A stretch of DNA of 63,817 bases, filler included, from Folioceros fuciformis (GCA_049999805.1; 11 parts of 11 records of this genome joined end to end with filler, not necessarily neighbours in it); one strand, 5' to 3'; positions 33,962 to 46,272 are shown, numbered from the whole stretch's first letter. Notes: generated by a model from the sequence alone, not told the origin. Program-made: numbers and translations.

Positions 33962-34906
33962 ATGTCCTGGGTTCAGTTTAGATGGGAGTGGGCTGCTCTT
34001 GTGCTGTCTCTGTCCGCTCCGAATGTGGAAGCTGAAGATGCTGGGAACTGCACGGTGAAAGGTGAGGTTGTATACCATACTGTGAGACTTGAGTTGGCTG
34101 CTCTCATTTGGGGCCACATGAAAGAAAATACGTGCTGCAGATGTGCCAGCAGTTGAAAGTATGACGGACACGGAACCTTTCAGTCCGGGCTTTCCAGGGT
34201 TGACTCATTTTTCTGTTGCCGGGGTGCAGCAGCATGGTACGAAGGAGGTTAGTTCTCAGCGTGGCATTGCAAGATTTCGCATATTCAAGTCTAAAAGTGC
34301 ATCTGCTTCTGTTGTACAAGGCTGAAGTCTGGGTGGGAACGTTGGCGCCTGAATCTGCAACTCGGGTTTCCAGGCATGGGAGCGAAGAGGTTTTCTTTGT
34401 GTCGAAAGGGAAAGGAACTGTCTACCTGTCCAAACCTCAAACGGGGACTTATTTTGGGAAGCCAGAGGCCGTCACTATTGCAGTGAACTCCGTTGTAAGG
34501 GTAGCACTCAACCGTGTGCATCAGGTACCTGAAGTTGCGCTTTGTGTTTTTCCATGACAGTTCTGTGCAGCGAACCACGATTCTTTCAGGCCTCACATCT
34601 TTTCAGTCGCTACTGTGATAGTAAACACTCCATATGCTGAACAGGTGGCAATCCTGACACAGAGGACCTTCAATTCTTAAATCTCAATCCCAGCCACCTA
34701 TGAAAGCGTAAGGCATCAATCTCTCTTCCAAGGGCGCGAGTTCGTTTCTCCATGTCGTCCTTACGGAAGCCATGTTTTTGCAGCTTTTCTATCCAGATTG
34801 GCCCACTCAAGACGTTGAAGCTTGTGTTCGCTTTCCATCCGCCAATGACCCAGTCTTTGTAAGGAGTGCTCATCCCCTTGGACCTATCCTCGAGCCCAGT
34901 CCTTGA
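33962..34906 (+). pseudogene. ABP1: Degenerate auxin-binding protein 1 (cupin); exons 33962-34061, 34141-34247, 34321-34524, 34645-34707, 34784-34906
   Basis: Signal peptide plus Cys; PGLTHFSVAGVQQHGTKE|AEVWVGTLAPESATRVSRHGSEEVFFVSKGKGTVYL...VHQ; ABP1-like 5-exon layout. Exon 4 (EDLQ, SQPPMK) is frameshifted, with TAA at 34678-34680. Confidence 0.82.
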
Positions 34907-35743
34907 ACGGTTGAACGTCTCACTCCAGTCAGCAATGGCTGAGAACTCCATTCCAAAGACTGCGTTCAAAGTGAACTGTCTGTCATCGGCCTGCTTACCT
35001 GACAAGAGATGTATGGCTGTCAGCAGAGCTGATTTCACTTGAATCAAAAGAAAGTGGAGACTTTATTGTCGTGAAAAGGAGTTGGGAAACATCGTCTAAC
35101 CTTACAAAAACCTTGGCATGCTGATGACTGGTTTGTTTGTGGGTGGTGACAGAACGTTCGACAGGATTCTGGTGAAGCTGGTGTACGAAACATACTCACT
35201 CTTTCCCCACAAGGTCAAGGAACTTGCAGACATAAATGAGGAGTGGTCCAGTCTCGAGCTCCATCGCAACCTCTACAGCTTGCAATTGCCTGCCCGACGA
35301 AAATCACTGCTTTTCCGATCCACGACGACGCCCATTCGGCGGGTGGGCGACCCATTCTTGTTACCATGTCTTCCGAGGGCTCTGGCTCTGTGGCGGCTGA
35401 TCGAGCAGGCTTCGACTTTGAGAAGCTATAGATGGAGGAGGCGAAGGAGGGCGCCCTTGTAGACGCCGCTCCCCTAGAGCACCACGTGTGTACAAAACTG
35501 TCCGGAACGCCATGTACTCCGCACAAGCTGACCCCCGCGCTGCAAACGTCTTACTCAACTCAACAATTGTGAGGTCACCCTCAAGCGACCACGGTCGAAG
35601 AGAACCGGAAACCACGACTTCGTGCATGCACACCATGGTTCTCCTGAAAGCGGCGAACGAATTGCCAAGCTCCAGCCTAGGGGTGTTAATGGCCGGTTTC
35701 GGGCTTCGCTAACCTACACGTCGCCAGGCGAGGTCCCCGCGTT

Positions 35744-38700
35744 CTACAAGAGACGGCGCTTCTTGGCTTGTTGTAGAGAAATTTGAGCTGATTCGTTTTC
35801 GAGCATCTGTTTCAACGTTCTGTCGCGTAACTCATCCAAAGTTTCACCCTCTTTAGCTCGCTCTAGCACCTGCAGGAATCCCAGGACAGGCCTGAGCGTC
35901 TTGCAGTTCAAGAATCGGAGCATGAGATGCCCGGAGAGAAGTGCTCACCAGATGGCGCCCGTAGAGATGTGTACTTCGTAGAGCATCAAAAGCATTCTGC
36001 GCTTCCTGTCGTGTGAGGAACTCCACAAATGCAAAGCCGCGATGCCTCCCGTGGACACCCTTGGGCAGCCGCAAACTTTTGATCTGAAAGCACCCAAGAT
36101 CAGGAGTGAGTGAGAAAGGTGGGTAGACCCTCTCTAGTTCCAGAAGGAAAAAGAGGACAAGGACTGTGTCCACATCACCTGACCAAAAGGGCTCACAAGT
36201 TGCTGCAAGTCCTTCTTTGTAGCCTCGAAGGCGACATTTCTAATTATGATCTTTGTGGAGCTCCCTTTGTTGTCTGGTACTGGGGCCTTCCGTTCCGCTG
36301 AAATTGCCTGGCCCTTGGGATTCGACGGACGGCTGAGCTGAACCACAAGCGCATGCCCATCTAGAACTGTGCCCTAAATGAAAGATCGTAAGAAGTGAGC
36401 TCAGACTTGCCACACTGTAACAGAACAGAAGGGAGGGGAGACCTGATAATAGATCTGCAGAAACAAGAGGCTAATCACAGCACCGCAGAACCCACCTGTA
36501 GCGATGTACACATTTGTTTTGCTGTGTTGACACTGTCAAACTCTACAAATCCAAAGCCCATGGACAGCGGTTTCCCGCTCTTTCCAGGCTTTGTACTTAT
36601 CTGCGGCACAGTCATCCCAACGTAACCACTTGTCATCCCTCAAGTGACAAGTCAACTTCTGCACTAGTGTCAAAACATTTTCAACTGCAGAACACGTGTA
36701 CACACCTTCACACTTCTTACTGCACCATTTTTCTTCATATGCTGGTGAACATGGTTTTTCAGGGAAGCTTCAGAAGTGCTGAAATTTAGATTCTTCACGA
36801 ACAACGACTTGGCCTGTGTAGCAGAGAGTCCTGGTTAGACCTCCTCCACATGATCACTAGCCCCAAAGGGTTTCAAACTCTTTGGATGTGACACACACCT
36901 GGGAAGAATCCAGGTCAGCTTCTAGGTCCATTTCAGATAGTTGCTCATCAGCAACATGTTTCACGTGACTTGCTACTACAGCACTTTCTTGCGATTGCTG
37001 ATCAAGCCCCTTCGATAATATACCTTCAGGTGCCCATTCCAAATACAGAGGGACGTGCCTGCACACAAAAGTCCTACCGTTGATCCAGAAGATGTGCCAA
37101 ATTTGTCTCATCCACGCATTGAAAACCTGGACACAAAAGGAATCAAAAGACAGATTCCAAGACTTACTTGAACCGCTTGTAGGCTAAGCCCTTGAAAGCC
37201 TTGCGTGCATCTGCCGCTTCTAGAAACTCGACCTGCATACAAGTTGTCAGAGAACCTGCAACAGGCAGAGAACTAATTTCAATGGCAGTGTGCGATGCTG
37301 TGTAGTACCAGAGCAAGAGTCTTGGTTGGAGGCAGCACTACCCTGCCCAAGTTCCCAAAGCTACTGAACATCTTCACCAGGTCACCGTGCAAAACCATAA
37401 AGGGAAGATTCTTCACTAGAATCACGTGACCACTGCGCTTAACATCTTTGTCTCCAGTGGAGGCAAGCTTTTCCAGAAGCTCAACATTAACGCCATCTCT
37501 GCTTAAAGCACGCTTTGTCTCAGCGATGATATGTGTTTCCCCGAGGGCCAACCTCACTGCAAGATCATCTGCCTCTGGATCCAGGAATTCACCTTTTGAT
37601 AGGCCATATTGTTGTGCCACACTTTCAGCAACCTAAAATCAAGATGCCATTTGCCAACATGAAGGTCAAACTGATGAGTTGATCTCAACAGGATGTATTC
37701 CTGGACAACACAAAATGGACAAAGAACAATTCGAGGACGTACAGTGTCTGGATTCATGAAAAACGCATTCCACGATGCAGTATTTCCACCAGCTTCTGTT
37801 GCCTTTCTCTCCTCTTGCTTCTTTTGACTGAATTTGGAATTCTTTGTTCCTTCAGATACGATCCTGCAGGTAGAACGATCATAATGATGTCCATAAGCTC
37901 CTTCGCTGAGGTTTTATGCAATCAAAAGACATGTACATTTCTTGCTTCAATCTGCTGTACACAGCTGCTAGATGATAAAAGCACAAACGAGTTTTCCAAC
38001 ATCGGAATGCTCTTTATTAAATCAAGAGAGCGCTTACTGTTCTTTCCCCGGAATGGGCCCCTGTCGCTTGGCAGGTAAAATGTGAATAAGCCTCCCTTGG
38101 AAGCTACTCTTATCCAATTCCTCCATAGCTCTGAAGAACAAACAAAATACAGGTTGGCCACAGTGTAAGTGGTTAGAAAGTTCAGTATGTAGGAGGGAGA
38201 GACTCTGAAGTACATTGAACCAGGAAGGTGTACCCTAGAGCATATGTTAGCACCTGACTGCTGCTTCTGGAAGCATGAACAGGATAAAAGCAAGCCCTTT
38301 CGATAAATTGGAATCTCTGTCAAGCACTAGGTGCACTTCCATAAGCTCTCCATACTTGCCAAACAGCTCTCTCAGATCTTCCTCACTGCAAGTCCAGGAA
38401 AGAACGTTAGCTCCAACACCTAGTGTTTGGAACAAATAAGGAGAAAACCGCTCCACATTCAACTGCTGAACGTTTCAACATCGTCAATAATACAACCTTG
38501 CTGTGTACGGTAGGTTTCGGACAAAAAGACGCCCAGTTTCAGACACACTGTCTTGGCCGTCAAAAACATGCAGCCGTTCCTCCTGGCCACTAACATTTGC
38601 TTCAGCCAGAAATGAATCCTGTAAAGCACTGCCGGATGTTTCCGCAGGCCTATCATCCCTATCAAATGAGCCCTGAGCCTCATCCTCATTCTGATCGTCA

Positions 38701-39622
38701 CCCTCACCTTCACGCTCACCCTCCACCAGAACCTGATCCTCCTCCTCATCATCACTCCAGTTCACTTTCACCCGGCTCTTCAGATACTCCGAATCAGTTA
38801 CGTTATCATGCCTGATAAGCTCATCTACTTCGTTTGGCTCTGCACCCTCCGACTTAGCCCATTCGTCTGTAATCGGATTGATCTCAAGACTAGACCTTCC
38901 TGCTCCTTTGTCGTGTCCATTTCCTTCCAGTCGAACGTTATCACGAGAAAATTGCTCTTTCCTTTTCACCTTGCTTATTGAAGATGTTGGCAACCCATCT
39001 TCAGCAGCGCTAGCCTTTCCTTTGACACCATCTCCAACTTTTTTTCTGTTGACTTCCAGCGTCTGCTGTGCTCCGGTGTCGTTGGTCCATAACTTTGTCT
39101 TACTCCGTGGTTGCATAGCCTCCAAAAATTCAGCAAACTGAGGATCGCCCTCCTCTTTACTGCTCTGCACCTGAAACTTAGCTTCAACATTTTTCTGGCC
39201 CTTCGACGATGAGGAAGGAGGCTTAGCCACGTGCTGCGTTTTATCGAAAGCAGAACTCCCTTGAGAATGACGACTCCAAGGTCGTGGTAAATTTGGATCG
39301 CCAATCGGCTGTGCAACCTGCACAACACGTAGCTTTAACGGGCCCAGCCAAGCATCATTTGATATCCCGCAACCCAAACACGACCACGAACTTCATTTAC
39401 CTCGCACCAAAGACGACTGCTATCAAAGAAGCTTCTGTGGAAATATTTCACGGCGGCCAGGGCATCCTCCTCTGACCGAAAGCCCACAAACCCAAATTGC
39501 CGAGAAATCCCGTCTCTGGAAATCACTCTAGCATCGGTGACCTCCCCGCGGGCAGCAAAATGTGCTTTGAGCCTCTCGTCGTCCACGTACTGTGGCAAAT
39601 TCTTCACGCAAATTCGAGACAT
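35744..39622 (-). CDS. MRD1: Multiple RNA-binding domain protein MRD1/RBM19 (40S biogenesis), multi-exon
   Basis: Five RRMs (MSRICVKNLP, GRLFVRNLPY, VILVKNLPF, SLFVKNLNF, KIIIRNVAF) plus LAVRLALGETHII and PLYLEWAP; first exon 39401-39622, last exon 35744-35869. Confidence 0.93.
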
Positions 39623-39907
39623 CTTCGCTTCTAGTGCATGATCGACAGAACGGTTCGGACAGAGCTTAAACCATAAACCCTAAATACATTTTTGTTATGG
39701 TAAATGGTAAACATTCTGCGTAGGTACTAAATACATACACATATACTGTAGTAGTTGATCATCTGGAATAAGCATGTTGGTTTTCAATAAAGTCTCCGTT
39801 CCAAGACGTGGATTGCAGGTCGTTGTGAGGCGTTTCCCTTCGGAAACAGGGCTCGGATCGAGCGAACCGTGGTCCGTCCAGGAGTTCAGGTGCGGCGACG
39901 TGAACAG
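39623..39907. promoter_or_regulatory. Putative bidirectional promoter with telo-box (AAACCCTAA, 39675-39683)
   Basis: 285 bp between the divergent ATGs of two ribosome-biogenesis genes. Confidence 0.65.
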
Positions 39908-40810
39908 ATGGGGCGCTGTCCGAATCACAAGAACAGCTCTAAGAAACATTACTCTCACAAGAGCGCGCGGCGGGCAAAGTTTCTTGTCAAAGATATCCTT
40001 GAATTATGTCTCCTGCGTGCTTGATTATTTATGTGTCCTTGTTTCCGAGTCATTGCTTCTTTCTTCCTGAGGCTGCAGTTAGCTGCCAAACGGAATCGGT
40101 GCTTGCCAGCCTCTGCATACATCCCTCTTGCTTGTAGCATCTGTTTCTGAGGACAGGCGGATTGTGGTGGCTTTGCTGAGAGGTGATTGCTGTATTAGGG
40201 TAAGATTTTGGTGTGACTTGACTTTGGTCCAATGCAATCCTTGACGGAGCACCACGGGATGACATGATACATGCAGAGCTGCAACAGGATGGGGTGGAGC
40301 ACAAGCCCAAAGTGTTGGATGAGGACTTGCCCGGGAAGGGACAATTTTACTGTCTCCATTGCGAGTAGGGTTTGATCTGCTGCTAGATCCTTTTGCTTCA
40401 ACTTAAACGTATTTTCCCGCAAAGCAGTGTGTGCACATCTGAGGGTTTTAGTTGTGGTGTGGGGAAATCTAGATCCTCTGACACTTAGCTCGTCTTGTTC
40501 CTGCAGCCGACACTTTGGTTCAATAGCAATTCGGGATGAGCACTTTAAGACGAAACGTCATAGGAAAAGGTAATTGGTGTATTGTTTTGATTATGGATCT
40601 CGTGGAGCCGGGAATCTGTTGTTCGCAAGTCGCGGAGCTAGTGGTGACCCAGGTAGCACTTTTGTTTGTGTTTGTGTGTGCAGAGTAAAGATGATGCAAG
40701 GTCCAGCCCCTCATAACCAGGTGGATGCAGAGGTTGCTGCGGGCATGGGGAGACCGGACAACGGGCCCAAACTGAGAAGCTCGATAGATGCCGTGCCCAT
40801 GATGTTGTGA
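39908..40810 (+). CDS. BUD20: BUD20/ZNF593 C2H2 zinc-finger 60S export factor, 127 aa; exons 39908-39992, 40256-40364, 40507-40569, 40684-40810
   Basis: DEDLPGKGQFYCLHCDRHF...DEHFKTKRHRKR...PHNQVDAEVAAGMG; exons join in frame (384 nt). Confidence 0.92.
39993..40255 (+). other. U12-type AT-AC intron
   Basis: Donor ATATCCTT at 39993-40000, branch site TCCTTGAC at 40238-40245, acceptor CAC ending 40255; splicing restores FLVK-GDD. Confidence 0.92.
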
Positions 40811-40917
40811 GAAACAGTTGGCTCCCGTGTACAAATAGCTGTCCGGTAGGTGGTAGAAGGCGTGAAAATCCCACATGTCATGCTGACATGCTTTGGTGGG
40901 ATGGGGATACGGGAGCT

Positions 40918-41578
40918 TGTAATATACAAGTGAGGGCAAGTTTTGGCAATGGAACGTACGAGTGAGAACAAGGGTGTATGGCAGTACATGGTCTACTGGA
41001 GGCCAGGCAGGCAGACGCGACGGGAGTTACGCTGTGGTGGAGACTGGAGGCTGTGTGATAATAGGACTGGGGACTGGGCAGGCGTTAGACGGAATTGCAG
41101 GGCTAACCACCGCGAGCTGAGCACATGGTACCAATTTGGCAGTCGAGGGTGGCAAGGTACTCCCGTGCTCTCTAGGTATCTGCGAGTCGCGTCTCGAGTG
41201 GCGAGTCGGAAGTTGGGACAAGTAGGGTGAGGGTACGCAGATCCACCCGGCTTATAGCCTCCCGGGTACAGCCAAACTTTTTGTGTGGGGCCCTGCACGC
41301 CGATGCGGGTCGTCCTGTCCTGTCTCCGGAGGTCTGGGGACTTTAGTAGTCCAGGCCTTGCTGCGATTGGCTGCTTGGAGTTTTGCTTGTTGGCAAGCTT
41401 CCTGGTTCTGGTTGCTTGCTCGTTGGGGCCTTCTCTGCAACGAGGGCCACCATACCTTTCGCCCTCCGTCGATTGGTCCTTCTTATAGACCTATTCCAGA
41501 TATTTTAACTGAAAATACCGCTCCAGCTGGTTCCGTATGAGGACAGGAGCCCTTTACCCTATCCAAGATTCCGTTACA
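40918..41578 (-). mobile_element. Possible solo LTR in the BUD20 3' region
   Basis: TGTAA...TTACA ends and a minus-strand TATAAG near 41481-41486, but no matching TSD. Confidence 0.4.
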
Positions 41579-42859
41579 CTGTCGTTTTCTTGTGTCTTCC
41601 TCGCAGAAAATTCCTGGGTTTCTATCATCCGCGGCTTTCTTGATAATCATACACCTGTTAATACCACGTCAACATTGCATGAGTGGTGTACATTACCACA
41701 ATAAGAAAGAGCGTATCAGATAAAAAAACGAGGTGAGAACTTTTTTTGTTTGAACACTTGGTTTTGTAGTTGCGGGAGAAAACTTGTTTAGAAAATTTGT
41801 TTGAACCCATAGTGTGACCAAACTACTCAAATCGACTCTTCCATACAAATCTTTGGCAAGCCATGCAACTGTCTAATCTTAATCATAGTATGGAGAGATT
41901 TGTTTCTATCCTTGTTTTGCACATGGGCAAATGCCTCATCATAATACACACTACAAAAAAATGCACTAAAATTAAGAGGTGACGAATGCATGTGTTGTCT
42001 TGATGTTGCTATATATAGTCAAAGTTGCAAACTTATAACCCTAAATCTCAAAAGGGTGGTGTGTCTCCCAATACCAAACAACTTTCTAATAAGGATGGGA
42101 TCAAGTGCTTGCAACTGCACACAAAAGGAAAACTCTAGTAAACACAAACAAGACCTATTTGGCCCACTACTTTTGAAGACATGAATGAGAGCTACTCTTA
42201 GGAACACCAATGCCCATGCTTCATGAAAAAATATAGTTGTGAGCTCTTGGGTGGTAAAGATCTTAGTTGGTGCTCTAGTATGATCTGATCGCAAAGGAAG
42301 TGCATGAGCTTGACAAAGGTTTTCTCACCTTCATATTTGCAAAGTACAGTTTTGTTCAATCAAACATAAATCTAAAGTCTTATTGATTTTGCAAAGACGT
42401 TTTGCAACATCATAAACTCTAAATCGTGATTACACAGACCAGGATTTGATTTTTTTGTTCTATATATATAAATATTGAATAAATATTTTTTAATATTTTT
42501 CTTNNNNNNNNNNNNNNNNNNNNNNNNNNNNNNNNNNNNNNNNNNNNTTAATTAATTAANNNNNNNNNNNNNNNNNNNNNNNNNNNNNNNNNNNNNNNNN
42601 NNNGGGACTTGGTCAGCATGGAGGGGGGAACCTAAAGCTGGAAGACTCTGAAGGTTGCAGGATGATCTGAGGGGAAGGAACGATATGATCCGAGAGAGGG
42701 GAGGAGAGTGTTGAGAAGCACTCCTAATTTTTGGTAGATGTGAAGGGCTGATAATTTTGGATAGAGGGCAACCAGCAGTGTCAAGGGGTAACGAGCAATT
42801 AGAAGCAGGGGAAGGTTAGAGTTAAGGTGCTTGGTTGGGATCAGAGTTAGGTCTGAATA

Positions 42860-43040
42860 GGTCTAGGTCTGATTAGGTCAGACCTAGGTTAGGTTAGGTC
42901 AGGTCAGACTTAGGTTAGGTCAGGTCAGACCTAGGTTAGGTCAGGTCAGACATAGGTTAGGTTAGGATAGACCTATGTTAGGTTAGGTCAGGGCTAGGTT
43001 AGGTTAGGTCAGACCTAGGTTAGGTTTAGGTCAAACCTAG
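42860..43040. repeat. Degenerate (TTAGG/TCAGG/TCAGACCTAGG)n simple repeat inside a dispersed repeat
   Basis: Pentamer-based array; the upstream flank (~42604-42830) resembles ~4035-4230. Confidence 0.8.
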
Positions 43041-43969
43041 GAGTAGGTATGGTTTAGGACAGAGAGAGATGGTTAGGTGGATGTTTCAGGTCAACCCTAG
43101 TAGACAGAGATGGAGGATTAGGCCAAGGCAATATAAGAGGGCAGACCTGTCGTTGAGGAGGGGGTGGTCTACGGTGTGATTTCCCTTGACCTTGTGTGCA
43201 GACTCCTGGCCTAGAGTGTTGAGCCGGTTTGAGACTGAACTAAGGGCTTGATTCCCCTTGCCACTAGGGGGACGTGGTGGATCCCAAGACTGTCGAGATC
43301 CGTGTGACTGGATCCGCAATGGCTGACTATTTTGCAGGCTGGCGGAGATGAAGTGACAGGACCGTGAGCCAGGAGGGCTATCCAGTCCTAGTATCCACAC
43401 CCATGTTTGAAGACTGCGAGAAGTAAGGCCATTGTGTCCTAAATTCCAGGGGTGAGCTGAAGCAAAGCGGGGAAGCGTTGTGGTGACGTGAAGTGAAGTG
43501 TGAGCTGCCGGAGTGCAGGAGTGTGAGCTGAAGTGAAAGGTGAATGACTGAAGTGAAGAAGTGACGGACTGAAGTGGGGATCATGAAGGGCTGAAGGACT
43601 GAAGTGCTGGAGCGTGAGATTTGTGGGCTGAAGATAGTCTAGGATTCTGACCTTTTTGTTGGAGTGCGGTCAGGCCTAGAGACTGGCTGATAGGTAGAAG
43701 TGAGAGGAGGCAGAGTTGTAGGAATCCTTGACACTAGTTCATTCCCTTGGGAGCGAATCATAAGACTCAACGACAATAAGGAAAAGTGTGGCTCCTTCGG
43801 TGGTTATTGGGTGCAAGAAATCACTCCACACCTATCCATGGTTGAACAACAATTTTGCAGTATATGAGCATGAAAGGGCGGATTGCAACGCATGTCCAGG
43901 ACCAATCCGAGTTTCTTGAGACATCCACCCTCTTGAGCTTCATTCAGCCCCTTGCAGCTTTGTCGTGTT

Positions 43970-44300
43970 GGATGCAAATCTTTTGTCTTAACAGATAGAC
44001 TCAAAAACTTCCCACACATCACTAGAGGTTTTGGCTCCTATGGTGTGTGGCATCATAGATCTATCTAAGGCAGCAATGAGTATAGAATGGGCATGTATAT
44101 CCTTTCACTCCCAGACTAGGATATTGTTTGCGGACCTAGGTGGTACTGTGACCTTGGATTCTATTCCATTCACGATGGACAACAACTCATGCTCCTTACA
44201 CATTTGGGTTAGTGTCATGGCCTAGATTTGGTAGTTTGTGTCATTGAAACTATCCTTATCACAAACTCTATTTTTAAAGGACTCAAGACAACTGCTGAAG
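43970..44300 (-). pseudogene. Degenerate copia gag fragment
   Basis: ELLSIVNGIE...WE*KDIHAHSILIAALDRSMMPHTIGAKTSSDVWE aligns by eye to the copia B gag. Confidence 0.65.
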
Positions 44301-44799
44301 CAACTAATGTAACCATGGTTACTGGGTTGACGATGGAATGAAGAACAAACTAATTTTTCTGGCTCTCTCTAAAAGGTTGGAAGGGGAAAAGTCCCAATCA
44401 GGGTAGGTGAACTCATTAGCAAACAACAAAGAAATGTCAAGGAACATCATTATCGTCTTTAGAATCAAATGCTCACAGCATAGAAATAAAGCAACTTACA
44501 TCATGGTGCAAGGTACCCTATCTCGAGGAGGGCTTGAACTGGGAAGGTATGAAGACAAATAGTCCTTACACAAGATGTTGAGTGACTTGATGCCTTGAGT
44601 TTATCAACAAGTAGGTCTCTCGACTTCAATCAACTCCTAAGAGAACTAAGTTGGTGAAAGATGACAATTTCAGCGACTCCTTTGTGGCGGATGGAAGAAT
44701 CCTTGCGCAAGTTGAAGATGTCCTTAGTGATGGGTTTAGGGTTGATGTACTCAAGAGCTGCATTAATCTCAATCCCAATTCCACTTGTTTGGTAGTGCG

Positions 44800-46272
44800 T
44801 GTTAAGTTTAGTAAGAGCTACATAACCCCAGCTAGTATTTAGGCGAGTTAGACTAACTCAAACTAGTTAAGCGAACAGTCGCACCCCTATGAAGGGGTGC
44901 CCTCGGGTCCCCTATATAAGGGCCCCCACCCTTGTACTTTGTAACACTTTTCTAATACTTTGTAACACTTTTCTAATCTACGCTTCCGCTCTTTTGATTA
45001 CCTTAGAAAAGTTCTCATGGTATCAGAGCTCATGCTCTACTGAGGTTTGCACCCGGGAGGGCGCCACAGCTGCTCCGTGGTGCCCTGCCCCAGTCCTGAT
45101 CTGTGCCAAGGCCGTTCAATGGTGGAGTCCCGATGAGCGCCTGGCCATCGGGCACCCATGCACCTTAGCACATCTCCCTCTGGTTTTGTTTCCTACTTGA
45201 AGGTCGTTATGAGTCTTTAAGAGGAAGGGCGGGGGGGGGGGCGGTGAGGCACACAGCCCCTCCCCCGTTTTTCCTTTTTCTCCCTCTTGCCCTTGCCTCT
45301 GCCTTGAGCGCGCGCCAGGAAAGACGGCCCTCCCCCCCCAGTGCCCCGGGCTCCTCATGGCAAGAAGAACTCCATCTCATGCCACTCACCGGCCTCGACG
45401 ACAGGTGAAAAGGGGGCGCCCTCGCCCTTGCCATCGATCTGTTGAGAATTCACGCCAATCCGGTGGCAGGCCCAGGAAGTCAAATTATGGCGAGACGGCC
45501 GCCCTGCTGCACATCTGGCAGGCGATCCATCAGCTGCAGGCGCTGGCCCGGGCACCTACGACCAGTTGCGATGGCCGCCCACCTGCTGAGGACCCGATCC
45601 TCATCTCACCCTCAGAATCTTTCCAGGACCAGGCCCGATTCCAGCCACCATCAACCGGGAAGCGCCCCAAGCGGTTCCTCGCTGACGGGCGGGAAGCCCC
45701 TCCATCCAAACCCCCGTCACCCTGGCTCGGCAAGCACTCCACGGATCTGCCTTACCTTCTTGAAGCCCAGAGAGCCGCAGCCATTGGGGACGCGCTGCTG
45801 GCAGATCGAAGACGCGCAGGCACGGGCTCACCCCCCAAACCCTGGCAGCCTTCTTCTTCTTCGGAGGATCGCTGGGCCGGAAGCGAAGGTCAGACCGTCT
45901 CTCGTGCACAATCCGGCATGGGGTTGGGCATGGCTGGCACAGGTCCCGGAAGGACAATTGCAACATCGCCGCACCCAGAATCTGCCATGGACGGACCATT
46001 GCAGGCACACGAGTGCGGGGCTACTCGGGGCGTTCTTGGTGCAGGTCCTTGTACAGAGACGGGCGCAGAGATCTGGCCAAGCGCCCGCGGTGTGGATCTG
46101 CGGCTCGAGCTCGCGAGAGGTGCGAATCCCGTGCCCTCGGACGGCATGGAGCCCTCAACCGGCGCGCCCCCGGCCGGCTCGAAGCGCTCAACCGGCGCGC
46201 CTGACCCGGAGCTCTCGACCGGAGCGCCCGCGGCCATCCCGGAACACCTAACGGCCGCGCCCGCCCGTGAAC
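44800..46272 (+). mobile_element. LTR element 5' end: short LTR (~44800-45017), PBS, GC-rich internal region; cut by gap
   Basis: TG...CA with CCTATATAAG at 44911-44920 and TGGTATCAGAGC at 45018-45029; ORF 45357-46272 has no motif I recognise. Confidence 0.7.

Noticed and set aside
35118-35462. Possible second ABP1-like fragment (GVRNILTLSPQ)
   Set aside because: Similarity too short, no cupin motif, stop follows.
41770-42400. CACTACAAAAAA at 41949 as a CACTA end, and KLFGIGRHT as a Harbinger remnant
   Set aside because: No partner TIR or catalytic motifs found before the gap.
42860-43040. TTAGG array as a true telomere or arthropod contamination
   Set aside because: Degenerate, mixed with TCAGG/GACCTAGG, and embedded in a dispersed repeat also seen near 4035-4260.
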